Source: Candidatus Fermentibacteraceae bacterium (GTDB lineage Bacteria > Fermentibacterota > Fermentibacteria > Fermentibacterales > JCC-6). From it: DNA of 64,000 nt. Under the pieces are notes generated by a model that saw only the letters and a program-made list of their open reading frames with translations, had not been told where the DNA came from and made no database searches. The stretch spans positions 65,121-129,120 of the forward strand of contig JAWLEP010000001.1 of the NCBI GenBank assembly GCA_041686025.1. Reading direction: 5' to 3'. Below, piece after piece: positions 48,404 through 58,072 of this stretch (positions within the stretch are counted from its first letter, which is position 1; each line of letters starts with the position of its first letter). The position numbers and the translations under genes were made by a program.

Positions 48404-49650
48404 AATCCCGTCAGGCAGACCGGGGGGGCGTCGGGCTCCAGGGCCCGGCTCAGCCGGGCGATGTCGCAGCCGTCCCGGCGCCGGACCATCCCCATGCCCG
48501 CCAGCCCGGCCAGTGTGGCCGACCCAGCCACGATGGAGGAGAACGTGTCGATCCTCATGGTAAGCCTTCCTTCCGGTTCGGCGTCAACCGATTCCAGCCT
48601 TCCGTCCGCTGCCTGCACCACGACCGACCTGGGAGCCTTCCAGACGAAGTCGTCCTCCACATGAAGCTCCACCGGCGCAGAGCCCGCCGAACCCGGGCCG
48701 GCCCCGATCAGGGAGAGGGCCTTTCCCGGATCGGTGAACCTGTACATAACCCCCGCGCCCATCAGGGCCACCGGGTGGTGCACCCGGGGCAGGAGACGGC
48801 CGCTGCGGATGGTTGGGTCGTCGAACCTGTGGAAGAGCCCGGCCTCGTGGGTGAGCAGACGTATGCGCCTCACCTGGTCGGACTGGGTGCCCAGAAAGGC
48901 CAGCAGCCCCTGCAGGGCCTCCGGGCCATCGTATAGGAGCTCGAGGACCTCCAGGTCGTAGCGGAGGAAGTTGCCCCCCTCCGGCTTTCCGAACCTGAAC
49001 ATGGCGTAGCCCTCGACGCCCCCTTCGCCGCCGTAGGCGGCCAGTGACGTGTTGCCCTTCGCCAGCGGCCGGGCCAGCTCGTGCAGGCGTTTCTCCAGCA
49101 GTCCGCTGGTGGTGCGGAAGAGGCGCTGGTAGAGCTCCAGGGCCTCGTGGGCGCTGTCCTCGTCCAGGAGGCGGACCCGCTCCCGCAGGGGGCTGCGGGG
49201 GAGCTGGGCGGGGTCCAGGTCCAGCTCGTAGACGGGGGAGCCGAAGCCGAACCCCATCCTCCGGTAGAAGTCCGGCCGGAAGGGGTAGAGGGTGGTGAGG
49301 GCATATCCGTCCGCTTCCGCCCTCTCCAGGACGTGCTGCATCAGCTCCTTGCAGACGTGCCGGCGCTTGTGGGCCAGGTCCACCGCCACCAGGCTGACCC
49401 CCAGGGCGGGGACAGTGCGTCCGCGCAGGTTCATTCGGAAGTCCGAGAGCATGAGCCCGCCCAGGAGCTCGCCCTCCCCGAACAGCCCGAGGTAGCTCAG
49501 GCGGCTGTCCTCGTCGGCCCGGCTCTCCAGGCTCTCGGCGTACTCGGCGACCGCCTCCCGGCTCCTGCCGCCGAGGGAGGGGTAGGCGTGGCGGACTATG
49601 CGCGAGAAGTCCTCCAGGTCCCCGCCGCGCAGCTGCCTGATCTCGCTCAA
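48400..49650 (-). CDS. Eis-like GNAT acetyltransferase with SCP2-like C-domain
   Basis: VAVDLAHKRRHV, LYPFRPDFYRRMGFG, about 416 aa three-domain size. Confidence 0.85.
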   Translation of the reverse strand: MSEIRQLRGGDLEDFSRIVRHAYPSLGGRSREAVAEYAESLESRADEDSRLSYLGLFGEGELLGGLMLSDFRMNLRGRTVPALGVSLVAVDLAHKRRHVCKELMQHVLERAEADGYALTTLYPFRPDFYRRMGFGFGSPVYELDLDPAQLPRSPLRERVRLLDEDSAHEALELYQRLFRTTSGLLEKRLHELARPLAKGNTSLAAYGGEGGVEGYAMFRFGKPEGGNFLRYDLEVLELLYDGPEALQGLLAFLGTQSDQVRRIRLLTHEAGLFHRFDDPTIRSGRLLPRVHHPVALMGAGVMYRFTDPGKALSLIGAGPGSAGSAPVELHVEDDFVWKAPRSVVVQAADGRLESVDAEPEGRLTMRIDTFSSIVAGSATLAGLAGMGMVRRRDGCDIARLSRALEPDAPPVCLTGF

Positions 49651-49666
49651 CCCGGCGTCCCGTTCG

Positions 49667-50218
49667 TCATATCTCGATTACCGTGGTCCCGGCGGCCGCG
49701 TGCTGCGAGGAGTAGTCGTCGGCACCGTCGGCGCCCCGGGCCAGTATCACCGTGCAGGTGGATCCCTCGCTCAGCGGCTTGTCGAACACGTCCGGCGAGT
49801 CCAGGGGGATAAGGGCCTCTATCTCCGTGACCCCGTCGGTCTCGCTGCCGTCGCTGTCCAGTATGTTGTCGTATCCTCCCAGGGAGGTGTCGCTCTGATG
49901 ATGGCTCTCGCTCACGCCCCAGTCGTCCCGGACGTGGACCCCTCCGCTGTAGTACCCGATGATGATGTTGGCGGATTCCATGCCCTGCTCCGGGTCGAAG
50001 CCCACCGCCACCCATCCGGTGGTCTCGGCCCGGATGCGGAGGGCCAGATCGTTCCCGTCCACCCGCCACTCCAGGGTCACCCCCGCCGCAGAGGCCGTCT
50101 TCCAGTCGCCGGCTCCGAAGGGGTCCTCTCCGCACCCTGCGGCCAGGAGAAGTGAGAGGGCCGTCAGCGCCGCCGCCGCCCCCTTCAGCATCGCCGCCGC
50201 CCGCAGCCCGGTTTCCAT
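49667..50218 (-). CDS. DOMON domain lipoprotein
   Basis: Lipobox LAAGC, GWVAVGF..M..ANIIIG, C-terminal His; SD AAGGAGG. Confidence 0.85.
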   Translation of the reverse strand: METGLRAAAMLKGAAAALTALSLLLAAGCGEDPFGAGDWKTASAAGVTLEWRVDGNDLALRIRAETTGWVAVGFDPEQGMESANIIIGYYSGGVHVRDDWGVSESHHQSDTSLGGYDNILDSDGSETDGVTEIEALIPLDSPDVFDKPLSEGSTCTVILARGADGADDYSSQHAAAGTTVIEI

Positions 50219-50296
50219 GGCGTCCTCCTTTCGTCCCCGATGGAAACTACCTCCAACCCGTCCCGCTCTCAAGGGCCGGGACCGGCCGCCGGATGC

Positions 50297-50324
50297 TTGA
50301 CCGCGACCCCTGCGAGGGTATTGT
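50297..50324 (+). promoter_or_regulatory. Putative sigma70 promoter of GGDEF gene
   Basis: TTGACC-N16-TATTGT. Confidence 0.5.
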
Positions 50325-50345
50325 GGTGATTACAGGGAGGGTTTC

Positions 50346-51254
50346 ATGAGGGAAGTCCCGTCCTGCTCCGCCGGGGAGCTGGCAAGACTGCTGGATTCGC
50401 TGTTCGAGGGCGCCTTCCTCGTGGACGGCCGGCGGACGATACTCTCCTGGAACCCCGCCGCCGAGAGGATCACGGGCTATCCGGGCGCGGATGTGGTGGG
50501 CAGGAGCTGCTCCGATGGCCTGCTGGCCCACGTGGACGATGCCGGGGAGAGCCTGTGCACCGACCGCTGCCCCCTGCTGCGGGCCCTGCAGACCGGAGAG
50601 GCCCAGAGCGAGAGGGTCTACCTCCACCACAGCTCCGGCCACAGGGTGCCGGTGGTGGTGAGGGTCCTTCCCCTGGAAGCCCCCGGGGGCAGGATGGCCC
50701 TGCAGGTCTTCCGCGAGGACATGGTTCTGCACACCATGAGGGAGCGGCTGCGGGACCTGGAGGAGCTCTCCCTGGTGGACGCCCTCACCGGTCTGGGCAA
50801 CCGCCGCTTCGCCTCCCGGGAGATAGCCCGGAGGATTGCCGAGCGGGAGCGCTACGAGAGGGTGTTCGGCCTTCTCCTGGCCGACGTGGACGGCTTCCGC
50901 GGAATAAACGAGGAGCTGGGCCACGAAGCCGGTGACAGGCTGCTGGCGGCCACCGCCAGAAGCCTCATGGGCGTGGTGAGGCCCTTCGATGCCGTGTGCC
51001 GCTGGGGGGGAGACCAGTTCCTGGCGGTGGTCGGGAACGTGGACTCCCACGGGCTGTCCGCCATCGCCGACAGGATCAGGAGCATAGTCGAGTCCTCATC
51101 GGTTCAATATGATACCCGTCCGGTATCGGCCACGGTCTCCGTGGGAGGGGCCCTCTCCCGCAGAGGCGAGCCGGCGGAGGGCATGCTGGTCCGGGTGGAC
51201 TCGCTGCTCTACGAGGCCAAGAAGGCCGGAAGGAACAGGATCAGAATAGACTGA
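50346..51254 (+). CDS. PAS-GGDEF domain protein (GGDQF variant)
   Basis: WNPAAERITGY PAS, DALTGLGNRR, RPFD I-site, RWGGDQF. Confidence 0.9.
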   Translation: MREVPSCSAGELARLLDSLFEGAFLVDGRRTILSWNPAAERITGYPGADVVGRSCSDGLLAHVDDAGESLCTDRCPLLRALQTGEAQSERVYLHHSSGHRVPVVVRVLPLEAPGGRMALQVFREDMVLHTMRERLRDLEELSLVDALTGLGNRRFASREIARRIAERERYERVFGLLLADVDGFRGINEELGHEAGDRLLAATARSLMGVVRPFDAVCRWGGDQFLAVVGNVDSHGLSAIADRIRSIVESSSVQYDTRPVSATVSVGGALSRRGEPAEGMLVRVDSLLYEAKKAGRNRIRID

Positions 51255-51281
51255 GCCCGCAAATCCCCGCTTGGAGGATGG

Positions 51282-52583
51282 ATGCCCCTCAGGAAGAAAC
51301 CGCTGAACGGAATGCGACAGCTCTACCCGTGGGAGAAGAGGGTGGAGGACTACATCGTGGAAGCGGTGAGGTCGGCGGGTGCCGGCTACGGCTTCGAGGA
51401 GTACGAGGGACCGGTGATAGAGCCCCTGAAGCTGTTCCTGGCCAAGTCCGGCAGCGAGCTGGCGGTGGAGCAGAGCTACAACTTCACCGACCGCAAGGGA
51501 CGGGAGCTGATACTGAGGCCCGAGCTCACCCCCACCCTGGCCAGGATGGTGGCCGCCGCAGGAGAGCTGGTCTGGCCGGTGAGGTGGATGTCGTTCCCTG
51601 TCTGCTACCGCTACGAGCGCCCCCAGCGGGGAAGGGCCAGGGAGTTCATGCAGTTCAACTGCGATGTTCTGGGGGTCTCCGGCACCGAGGCGGAGCTGGA
51701 GCTCATGCTGGTCCTCAACCGGATCATGTCCTCCCTGGGGGCCGAACCCTCCGTCTACGGGATAGCCTACTCCAGCAGGGGGCTGGCCGGCGCCGTCCTG
51801 CAGGCGGCGGGTATGGGCCCCGAGCTCCAGCAGGAGGCCTTCGGCGCCATCGACAAGCGGGACAAGATGGACGACGACGCCTGGAGGGAGTACCTGGGAG
51901 ATCGGCTGAGGGATGACCGCCAGGTGGAGGCCGCCCGCAGGCTGGCGGACTGCCGCGACCCCGAAGACCCATGGCTGAGGGAGATGGCGGGGGATGCCGA
52001 TGCCTACCGCAGCATCCTGTGGCTGTCCGGCAAGCTCTCGGCGCTGGGTCTGGATGCCGCCCGCTTTGACGGCTCCGTGGTAAGGGGCCTGGACTACTAC
52101 ACGGGAGTCGTCTTCGAGGTGGTGGACACGGGGGGCAGGAACCGCCGGGCCATCTGCGGGGGCGGAAGGTACGACGACCTGGTGGGCCTGTTCGGCGGCC
52201 GAAAGGTGCCGGGGGCGGGATTCGGCCTGGGCATCCTGACACTGAGGCTCTTCCTGGAGTCCTACGGCCTGATACCCGACGAGGTGGGCGCCGCGCCGCC
52301 CGCCCGTCTATTCCTGGCGGTGTACTCCGAGGGGCAGCGCGATGCGGCCATGGCCCTCTCCGAGCGGCTCCGCGACGCCGGCATCAGCGTGGAGACGGAC
52401 ATCACGGGCAAGAGCCTCTCCTCGCAGTTCCGGCTGGCCGGAAGCCGCGGCATCCCCTACACCGCCGTGCTGGGGCCGGAGGAGGCGCAGTCCGGCAGGG
52501 TGACCCTGAAGGACATGCGCACCGGCAGCCAGGAGGAGGTACCCTTCCACCGGCTGGCCCGGCGTCTGGACGGCGGGGAGTAG
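51282..52583 (+). CDS. hisS: Histidine--tRNA ligase
   Basis: LRPELTP, YRYERPQRGR.REF.Q, VRGLDYYTG, GGGRYD. Confidence 0.96.
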   Translation: MPLRKKPLNGMRQLYPWEKRVEDYIVEAVRSAGAGYGFEEYEGPVIEPLKLFLAKSGSELAVEQSYNFTDRKGRELILRPELTPTLARMVAAAGELVWPVRWMSFPVCYRYERPQRGRAREFMQFNCDVLGVSGTEAELELMLVLNRIMSSLGAEPSVYGIAYSSRGLAGAVLQAAGMGPELQQEAFGAIDKRDKMDDDAWREYLGDRLRDDRQVEAARRLADCRDPEDPWLREMAGDADAYRSILWLSGKLSALGLDAARFDGSVVRGLDYYTGVVFEVVDTGGRNRRAICGGGRYDDLVGLFGGRKVPGAGFGLGILTLRLFLESYGLIPDEVGAAPPARLFLAVYSEGQRDAAMALSERLRDAGISVETDITGKSLSSQFRLAGSRGIPYTAVLGPEEAQSGRVTLKDMRTGSQEEVPFHRLARRLDGGE

Positions 52584-52586
52584 ACC

Positions 52587-54857
52587 GTGTCCACGGGCAG
52601 ATGGGTGATCGCGGCCTCCGCGGCCCTTCTCGCCCTTGTCCTCACCATCTGCGGAGTGCGCTTCTCCGGCATCGACCTCTTCTACGTGGCCGCCGGAGTG
52701 GTGGTCTTCCTGGGCATGGCGGGCCAGCTCTCGGGGCTGTCCCTGGTCCGGAGGCTGGTGCTCATCCTGCTGCTGCTGGCGGCCGCCTGGGGACTGGCCA
52801 GGCTTCAGCAGACCCTGCCCCGCGACCGGGCCCTGGAGGGCGAGCTCATCTCCCACCGGACGGCGGCCGAGGCCCTCGGCGCCCCGGAGCCGCTGGACAT
52901 AAGCGGGTGGGTCGAGCGCTCTCTTCCGCTGTCCGGACTGGAGGACGGAAGCGCGGTGGAGCAGGGGGCGCTGGCACTGGGCCGCGCCGGTCTGTTCACC
53001 GCCGAGCGCCTCATCTCCTCGGTGGGCTCCAGTGCCCTCTCGCCCACCGACTCCCAGGACCTCTCCAGCATGCGGGCGGGCCGGGGAGGGAGGGTTCTGG
53101 GGCTCCTGACCAGCGTGGTGGCCGCGGGGCTGTCCATAATGATCCTGCTGGGGCTGCGGGGCCTGATACTGGTGGAGCGGCGGGTGAAGACGCTGCGGCT
53201 GCTGCGGGTACTGCTGATACTGGTGCTGTTTCACGTGGTCTACACCACGATGGGCTACGACTTCCTGACCCATAGCGTCATCATGAACGTGGGCGCGGGG
53301 GCCAACCGCGTGTCCGTCAGCGTTCCCTACATACTGGTGCTGCTGTGGTCCTTCATCAACGGCTTCCGGAACAAGTGGATCCACTACCTCAGCCGCAGCG
53401 GCAAGTACCTGGCGGCCGCCGGCTGCGGCCTGGCCCTCTACCTCAGCCTGGACCTGCAGCAGCTCTACCGCATGGGCGAGCTCACCGCCTACTCCCCCGG
53501 GGCGGGAGCCGTCACGGGGGTCGTGGCCTCGGTGACCATGGTCTACAGCGCCATGTCCCTGGTTGCCGTGCTGCTGCACCTTCCCACCGCCAAGCTCCTG
53601 GACAAGAAGCTCCGGGAGCTGAGGAGCCTGCAGGGCCTGGGCGAGACCGTCTACTCCACGTTCGACGAGGAGCGGGTGGCCCGCAAGGCCGCCAGGCTGG
53701 CCCAGAGCCTCACCGGCGCCGACATGGCCTGGGTGGTGATCCACAGCGAGGAGGGCAGGAGGGTGGCCGGGGCAGCCGGGGCGGGCGCGCCCATGGCGTA
53801 CAAGGTGGAGCAGGGATGGTACGACGCCCTGGAGCCCGCGGTGGCCTCCGGCGGCAAGGCGCTGCTCATAAACAACTTCCCCCGCAGCCGTCTCTTCGAG
53901 GGCTCCGGGCCGCTGCAGGGGGCGGTGGGATCGCTTATGGCCTGCGGGCTGCGCACCGCCGACGGGTCCATCGGCCTGCTGCTGGTGGCGTCCTCGGGGA
54001 AGTTCGGGTTCATGGAGGAGGAGCGGGGCCTGTTCGAGAACTTCGCCAGCCAGGTGGCCATGGGAATACAGAACGCCCGCCTGGTGGAGGCCAACATCGA
54101 GCGGGAGAGGTTCCAGGAGGAGCTGAACCTGGCCCGGGGCATACAGAAGGGCCTTCTGCCGGCGGTCATACCGGAGGTGCCGGGCTACTCGATAGCGGCG
54201 GACAGCATAGCCAGCAACCATGTGGGGGGCGACTACTACGATGTGATACCCCTGCAGGACGGGAGGGTGGCGCTGGCCATAGCCGACGTCTCCGGAAAGG
54301 GCGCCGCGGCGGCCCTTCTGATGTCTGCGCTCCAGGCCACGCTCCATACACTGCTGCGGAGGCCGGCGCCGGCGAACGAGATCGTGGGCATGCTGAACGA
54401 GGAGACCTGCCGCAGGATGCCCGAAGACAAGTTCATCACCTTCTTCCTGGCGGTGCTGGAGCCCCGGACGGGGCGACTGGCCTACTGCTGCGCAGGGCAC
54501 GACCCTCCGCTGCTGGTCAGGTGTGACGGCGCCACCGAGCAGCTCACCAGCGGGGGCCTTGTGCTGGGGGTGCTTCCCGGGGCGGACTACGCAGCCGGAA
54601 GCGCCGCCATGGACCCCGGCGACCTGCTGGTGATGTTCACCGACGGGGTCACGGAGACCATGGAGGAGAAGGAGGGGGACGAGGTGAGCGAGTTCGGCCG
54701 GGACCGGCTGGCGCGGACCATGGTTCACCACAGGAGCGAGTCCTCGCGCGAGGTCTTCGCCACCCTTCTGCGCGTGCTGGACTCCTTCCGGGGGGAGGCG
54801 ACCAGAACGGACGACGTAACTGCCTTGATAGTCAAGAGGATGGAAGATTCCACTTGA
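52587..54857 (+). CDS. Membrane-bound GAF + SpoIIE/PP2C phosphatase (RsbU-like)
   Basis: Multiple TMs, GAF, VGGDYYD, ADVSGKG, FTDGVTE, DDVT. Confidence 0.9.
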   Translation: MSTGRWVIAASAALLALVLTICGVRFSGIDLFYVAAGVVVFLGMAGQLSGLSLVRRLVLILLLLAAAWGLARLQQTLPRDRALEGELISHRTAAEALGAPEPLDISGWVERSLPLSGLEDGSAVEQGALALGRAGLFTAERLISSVGSSALSPTDSQDLSSMRAGRGGRVLGLLTSVVAAGLSIMILLGLRGLILVERRVKTLRLLRVLLILVLFHVVYTTMGYDFLTHSVIMNVGAGANRVSVSVPYILVLLWSFINGFRNKWIHYLSRSGKYLAAAGCGLALYLSLDLQQLYRMGELTAYSPGAGAVTGVVASVTMVYSAMSLVAVLLHLPTAKLLDKKLRELRSLQGLGETVYSTFDEERVARKAARLAQSLTGADMAWVVIHSEEGRRVAGAAGAGAPMAYKVEQGWYDALEPAVASGGKALLINNFPRSRLFEGSGPLQGAVGSLMACGLRTADGSIGLLLVASSGKFGFMEEERGLFENFASQVAMGIQNARLVEANIERERFQEELNLARGIQKGLLPAVIPEVPGYSIAADSIASNHVGGDYYDVIPLQDGRVALAIADVSGKGAAAALLMSALQATLHTLLRRPAPANEIVGMLNEETCRRMPEDKFITFFLAVLEPRTGRLAYCCAGHDPPLLVRCDGATEQLTSGGLVLGVLPGADYAAGSAAMDPGDLLVMFTDGVTETMEEKEGDEVSEFGRDRLARTMVHHRSESSREVFATLLRVLDSFRGEATRTDDVTALIVKRMEDST

Positions 54858-54879
54858 CGGACGCCCCGGTCCTTCATCT

Positions 54880-54898
54880 ATTAGTAATGATTACTATT
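54880..54898. promoter_or_regulatory. Fur/PerR-family operator (7-1-7 palindrome)
   Basis: TAGTAAT-G-ATTACTA perfect, downstream of TTGACG (54854), upstream of dfx-ftn operon. Confidence 0.72.
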
Positions 54899-55016
54899 AC
54901 TTTCACTGCTGCGCGCAGGGGAAGTGATGGTAGCATGTGCGGGGATATTTTTCTATCCTTAGTAGCGCCGCCCGGCTTCGGACGTTGCCGGCGCAACCGC
55001 TTGAAGGGAGTCTGAG

Positions 55017-55394
55017 ATGGCAGAGCGTCTCGAGATATACAGGTGCGAGAGGTGCGGCAACATAGTGGAGGTGCTCCAGGGGGGGGCGGGGCAGCTGGTG
55101 TGCTGCGGCGAGCCCATGGAGAGGCTGGGCGAGCAGACGGCAGACAGCTCCACCGAGAAGCACGTTCCCGTGATAGAGGAGACGGACGACGGTTACAGGG
55201 TGAAGGTGGGAAGCGTACCCCATCCCATGGAGGAGAAGCACTGGATACAGTGGATTCAGCTGATCTGCGGGGGCAGGGCCTACAGGGAGTTCCTGCAGCC
55301 GGGAGACAGGCCGGAGGCGGCATTCCAGACCGATCACTGCGACGACGTCTCCGCCAGGGAGCACTGCAACGTGCACGGACTTTGGAGGGGCTGA
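55017..55394 (+). CDS. dfx: Desulfoferrodoxin (superoxide reductase)
   Basis: CERCGN..CCGEPM, EKHVP, HPM..HWI, CNVHGLW. Confidence 0.96.
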   Translation: MAERLEIYRCERCGNIVEVLQGGAGQLVCCGEPMERLGEQTADSSTEKHVPVIEETDDGYRVKVGSVPHPMEEKHWIQWIQLICGGRAYREFLQPGDRPEAAFQTDHCDDVSAREHCNVHGLWRG

Positions 55395-55395
55395 G

Positions 55396-55920
55396 ATGCT
55401 TGAGAAGAAGATGCAGGACGCGCTCAACGACCAGATAAACGCCGAGCTCTACTCGGGATACCTCTATCTGGCCATGTCGGCCTGGTTCGACGACATCGAC
55501 ATGCCCGGATTCAGCAACTGGATGGAGATACAGGCGCAGGAGGAGCTGGCCCACGCCATGGGCTTCGTGAACTACGTCAGGGAGCGCGGCGGAAGGGTGA
55601 TCCTCAAGGCCATAGAGGAGCCCCAGGTCAGCTGGGACTCCCCCGAGGACGCCTTCGGCGCCGCCCTGGAGCACGAGAAGTACGTCACCGGCCGCATCAA
55701 CAGCCTGGTGGACATCGCCATCGAGATGCGGGACCACGCCACCAACCAGTTCCTGCAGTGGTACGTGGCCGAGCAGGTGGAGGAGGAGGCCTCCGCCGAG
55801 GAGATACTGGCCAAGCTGAAGATGGCGCCCGAGGGCTCCGGGGTCATGATGATGCTGGACCGGGAGATGGGTTCCCGGACCTTCAACGTCCCCTCCATCC
55901 TGGGCGGGGAGGGGGATTAG
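55396..55920 (+). CDS. ftnA: Non-heme ferritin
   Basis: LNDQINAELYS.YLYLAMS, EELAHA, HEK.VT, FLQWYV.EQVEEE. Confidence 0.95.
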   Translation: MLEKKMQDALNDQINAELYSGYLYLAMSAWFDDIDMPGFSNWMEIQAQEELAHAMGFVNYVRERGGRVILKAIEEPQVSWDSPEDAFGAALEHEKYVTGRINSLVDIAIEMRDHATNQFLQWYVAEQVEEEASAEEILAKLKMAPEGSGVMMMLDREMGSRTFNVPSILGGEGD

Positions 55921-55929
55921 GACCGTGCC

Positions 55930-55971
55930 CCCCCGCCCCACAGGCGGGGGCTCCCGCCCCGCAGGCGGGGG
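55930..55971. repeat. Two tandem 21-bp GC hairpins in ftn-CMD spacer
   Basis: CCCCCGCCCCACAGGCGGGGG then CTCCCGCCCCGCAGGCGGGGG. Confidence 0.6.
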
Positions 55972-55980
55972 CCCGGCGGA

Positions 55981-56331
55981 ATGAGAAGCTACGAGGAGTT
56001 CGCCAGGGAGCGCGAGGAGCAGAACCGCAGGGTGCTGGAGTCGGCGGACAGGGTCACGAAGCGCTTCTTCAGCCTGGACTCACTGACCTACCGGGACGGA
56101 GCGCTGCCGGCGGCCACCAAGGAGCTGCTGGGACTGGTGGCGTCCCTGGTGCTGAGATGTGATGACTGCGTCGCCTACCACCTGGGCCGCTGCCGGGATC
56201 TGGGCCGTACCGGCGAGGAGGTCTCCGAGGCCCTGGGGGTTGCCATGGTGGTGGGTGGATCGATTACCATACCCCATGTACGCAGGGCGGTTGCCCTGTG
56301 GGGGGAGCTAACCGAGAAAGCGAGCGAATAG
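55981..56331 (+). CDS. Carboxymuconolactone decarboxylase/AhpD-like protein
   Basis: DGAL..TKELLGL, LRCDDCVAYH, VGGSITIPH. Confidence 0.88.
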   Translation: MRSYEEFAREREEQNRRVLESADRVTKRFFSLDSLTYRDGALPAATKELLGLVASLVLRCDDCVAYHLGRCRDLGRTGEEVSEALGVAMVVGGSITIPHVRRAVALWGELTEKASE

Positions 56332-56352
56332 AAGAGAGAGAGGAACGGTAAC

Positions 56353-56841
56353 TTGCGCATAAAGAGGGACCCGGACGTACTCAGAGGCGGAATAGAGAGC
56401 ATGCTCAGCAGGTCGGACCTCGCCCCCCGCGAGATGCTCCAGAAGATCACCGACTACCTTGCACAGAACTCGGACAACTGCGACTGGGCCGGATACTACC
56501 TTGTGGACCCCTCCTCACCGAGGGAGCTGGTCCTGGGCCCCTTCTCCGGCGAGCCCACCGAGCATCGCAGGATCGCTTTCGGTGACGGGGTCTGCGGCCG
56601 GGCGGCCGAGACGGAGCGCACGGTGGTGGTGGACGACGTCGAGGAGGAGGACAACTACCTGGCATGCAGCCCTGAGGTGAGCTCCGAGATAGTGGTCCCG
56701 GTTTTCCACGAGGGCGTTCTGGTGGGAGAGCTGGACATAGACTCCCACGAGAAGGAGGCCTTTACCGAGAAGCACCGGGCCTTCCTGGAGTGGGTGGCGG
56801 ACGCCACCGCGAAGCTGGTCTCGCGGCTGGCCAGGAGCTGA
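56353..56841 (+). CDS. GAF-domain protein, free methionine-R-sulfoxide reductase-like
   Basis: WAGYYL, LGPFSG, GDGVCG.AA, YLACS, SEIVVP, ELDIDS. Confidence 0.85.
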   Translation: MRIKRDPDVLRGGIESMLSRSDLAPREMLQKITDYLAQNSDNCDWAGYYLVDPSSPRELVLGPFSGEPTEHRRIAFGDGVCGRAAETERTVVVDDVEEEDNYLACSPEVSSEIVVPVFHEGVLVGELDIDSHEKEAFTEKHRAFLEWVADATAKLVSRLARS

Positions 56842-56866
56842 GGCCGGGCACACCGGAGGAGGCGGT

Positions 56867-58072
56867 ATGAGCCGGAACTTCGAAGCCGTAGAGATAAGCG
56901 ACGGCCTCTTCTGGGTCGGAGCCATAGACTGGGACGTCAGGGATTTTCACGGGTACTCCACACCCGCCGGTTCCACCTACAACGCCTACCTTCTCCGGGG
57001 GCCGGAGGGATGGGTGCTGTTCGACACGGTGAAGGAGCACTTCGCAGACGAGATGCTCTCGCGGGTGGCCAGCGTCGTCGACCCCTCCCGGGTGGACGTT
57101 CTGGTGTCCAACCACTCAGAGCCCGACCATACCGGCTCCCTGAAGGGCGTCCTCGGTGAGCTGGGCGAGGTTGCTCTGGTGGCCTCCAAGATGGGGGCGA
57201 AGAACCTGCGCTCCCACTACGGGGGCCTCCCCGACATCACCGTGGCGGCGGACGGGGAGAAGATGACCCTGGCGGGCGCGGAGGTGCTCTTTCTGGAGAC
57301 CAGGATGCTTCACTGGCCGGACAGCATGTTCAGCTACCTTCCGGACAGCGGGGTCCTGATAAGCCAGGACGCATTCGGAATGCACCTGGCCGGCAGCGGC
57401 CGCTTCGCCGGCGACTACGATCCGGCCGCTCTGCGGCGGCAGGCGGCCAAGTACTACGCCAACATACTGATGCCCTTCTCGCCCCTGGTGAGCAGGCTGC
57501 TGTCGAAGGTCGGCGACCTCGGTCTGCGGATCGATCTCATCGCACCCGATCACGGTCCGGTCTACGCAGCGGGCGGGGAGCCCGGCCCGGAGTGGATAGC
57601 AGACCTCTGGGGAAGGTGGGCCGAAGGCGAGAAGGCTCGCAAAGTGGTGATAGTCTTCGACACCATGTGGCACTCCACCGAGCTGATGGCCCGATCGGTT
57701 GCCGAGGGGGTGGCCCGGGCGGGGGCGGAGGCGAAGGTCCTGCATCTGGGCGGCACCCACCGCAGCGACGTGGCCACCGAGGTGCTGGAGGCCGGCGGCC
57801 TGGTGGTGGGCTCCCCCACCATCAACAACCAGATCTTCCCCACGCTGGCCGATGCAATGACCTACCTCCGGGGCCTGAAGCCCGGGGGCCTGGTCGGGGG
57901 CTGCTTCGGCTCGTACGGATGGAGCGGGGAGGCGGTGGGCAACCTGGAGGAGATCCTGGACGGGATGAAGGTGCAGCGGGTGGCGGACAGCGTGTCCGCC
58001 AGGTTCGTCCCCGACGGGGGAAAGCTCGCCGAGTGCGTGGGTCTGGGAGTGGCGGTAGCGGAGAGCATGTGA
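56867..58072 (+). CDS. fprA: Flavodiiron protein (FprA/ROO family)
   Basis: GSTYNAY, NHSEPDH, LHWPDS, APDHG, flavodoxin GSPT, FGSYGWSGE. Confidence 0.95.
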   Translation: MSRNFEAVEISDGLFWVGAIDWDVRDFHGYSTPAGSTYNAYLLRGPEGWVLFDTVKEHFADEMLSRVASVVDPSRVDVLVSNHSEPDHTGSLKGVLGELGEVALVASKMGAKNLRSHYGGLPDITVAADGEKMTLAGAEVLFLETRMLHWPDSMFSYLPDSGVLISQDAFGMHLAGSGRFAGDYDPAALRRQAAKYYANILMPFSPLVSRLLSKVGDLGLRIDLIAPDHGPVYAAGGEPGPEWIADLWGRWAEGEKARKVVIVFDTMWHSTELMARSVAEGVARAGAEAKVLHLGGTHRSDVATEVLEAGGLVVGSPTINNQIFPTLADAMTYLRGLKPGGLVGGCFGSYGWSGEAVGNLEEILDGMKVQRVADSVSARFVPDGGKLAECVGLGVAVAESM

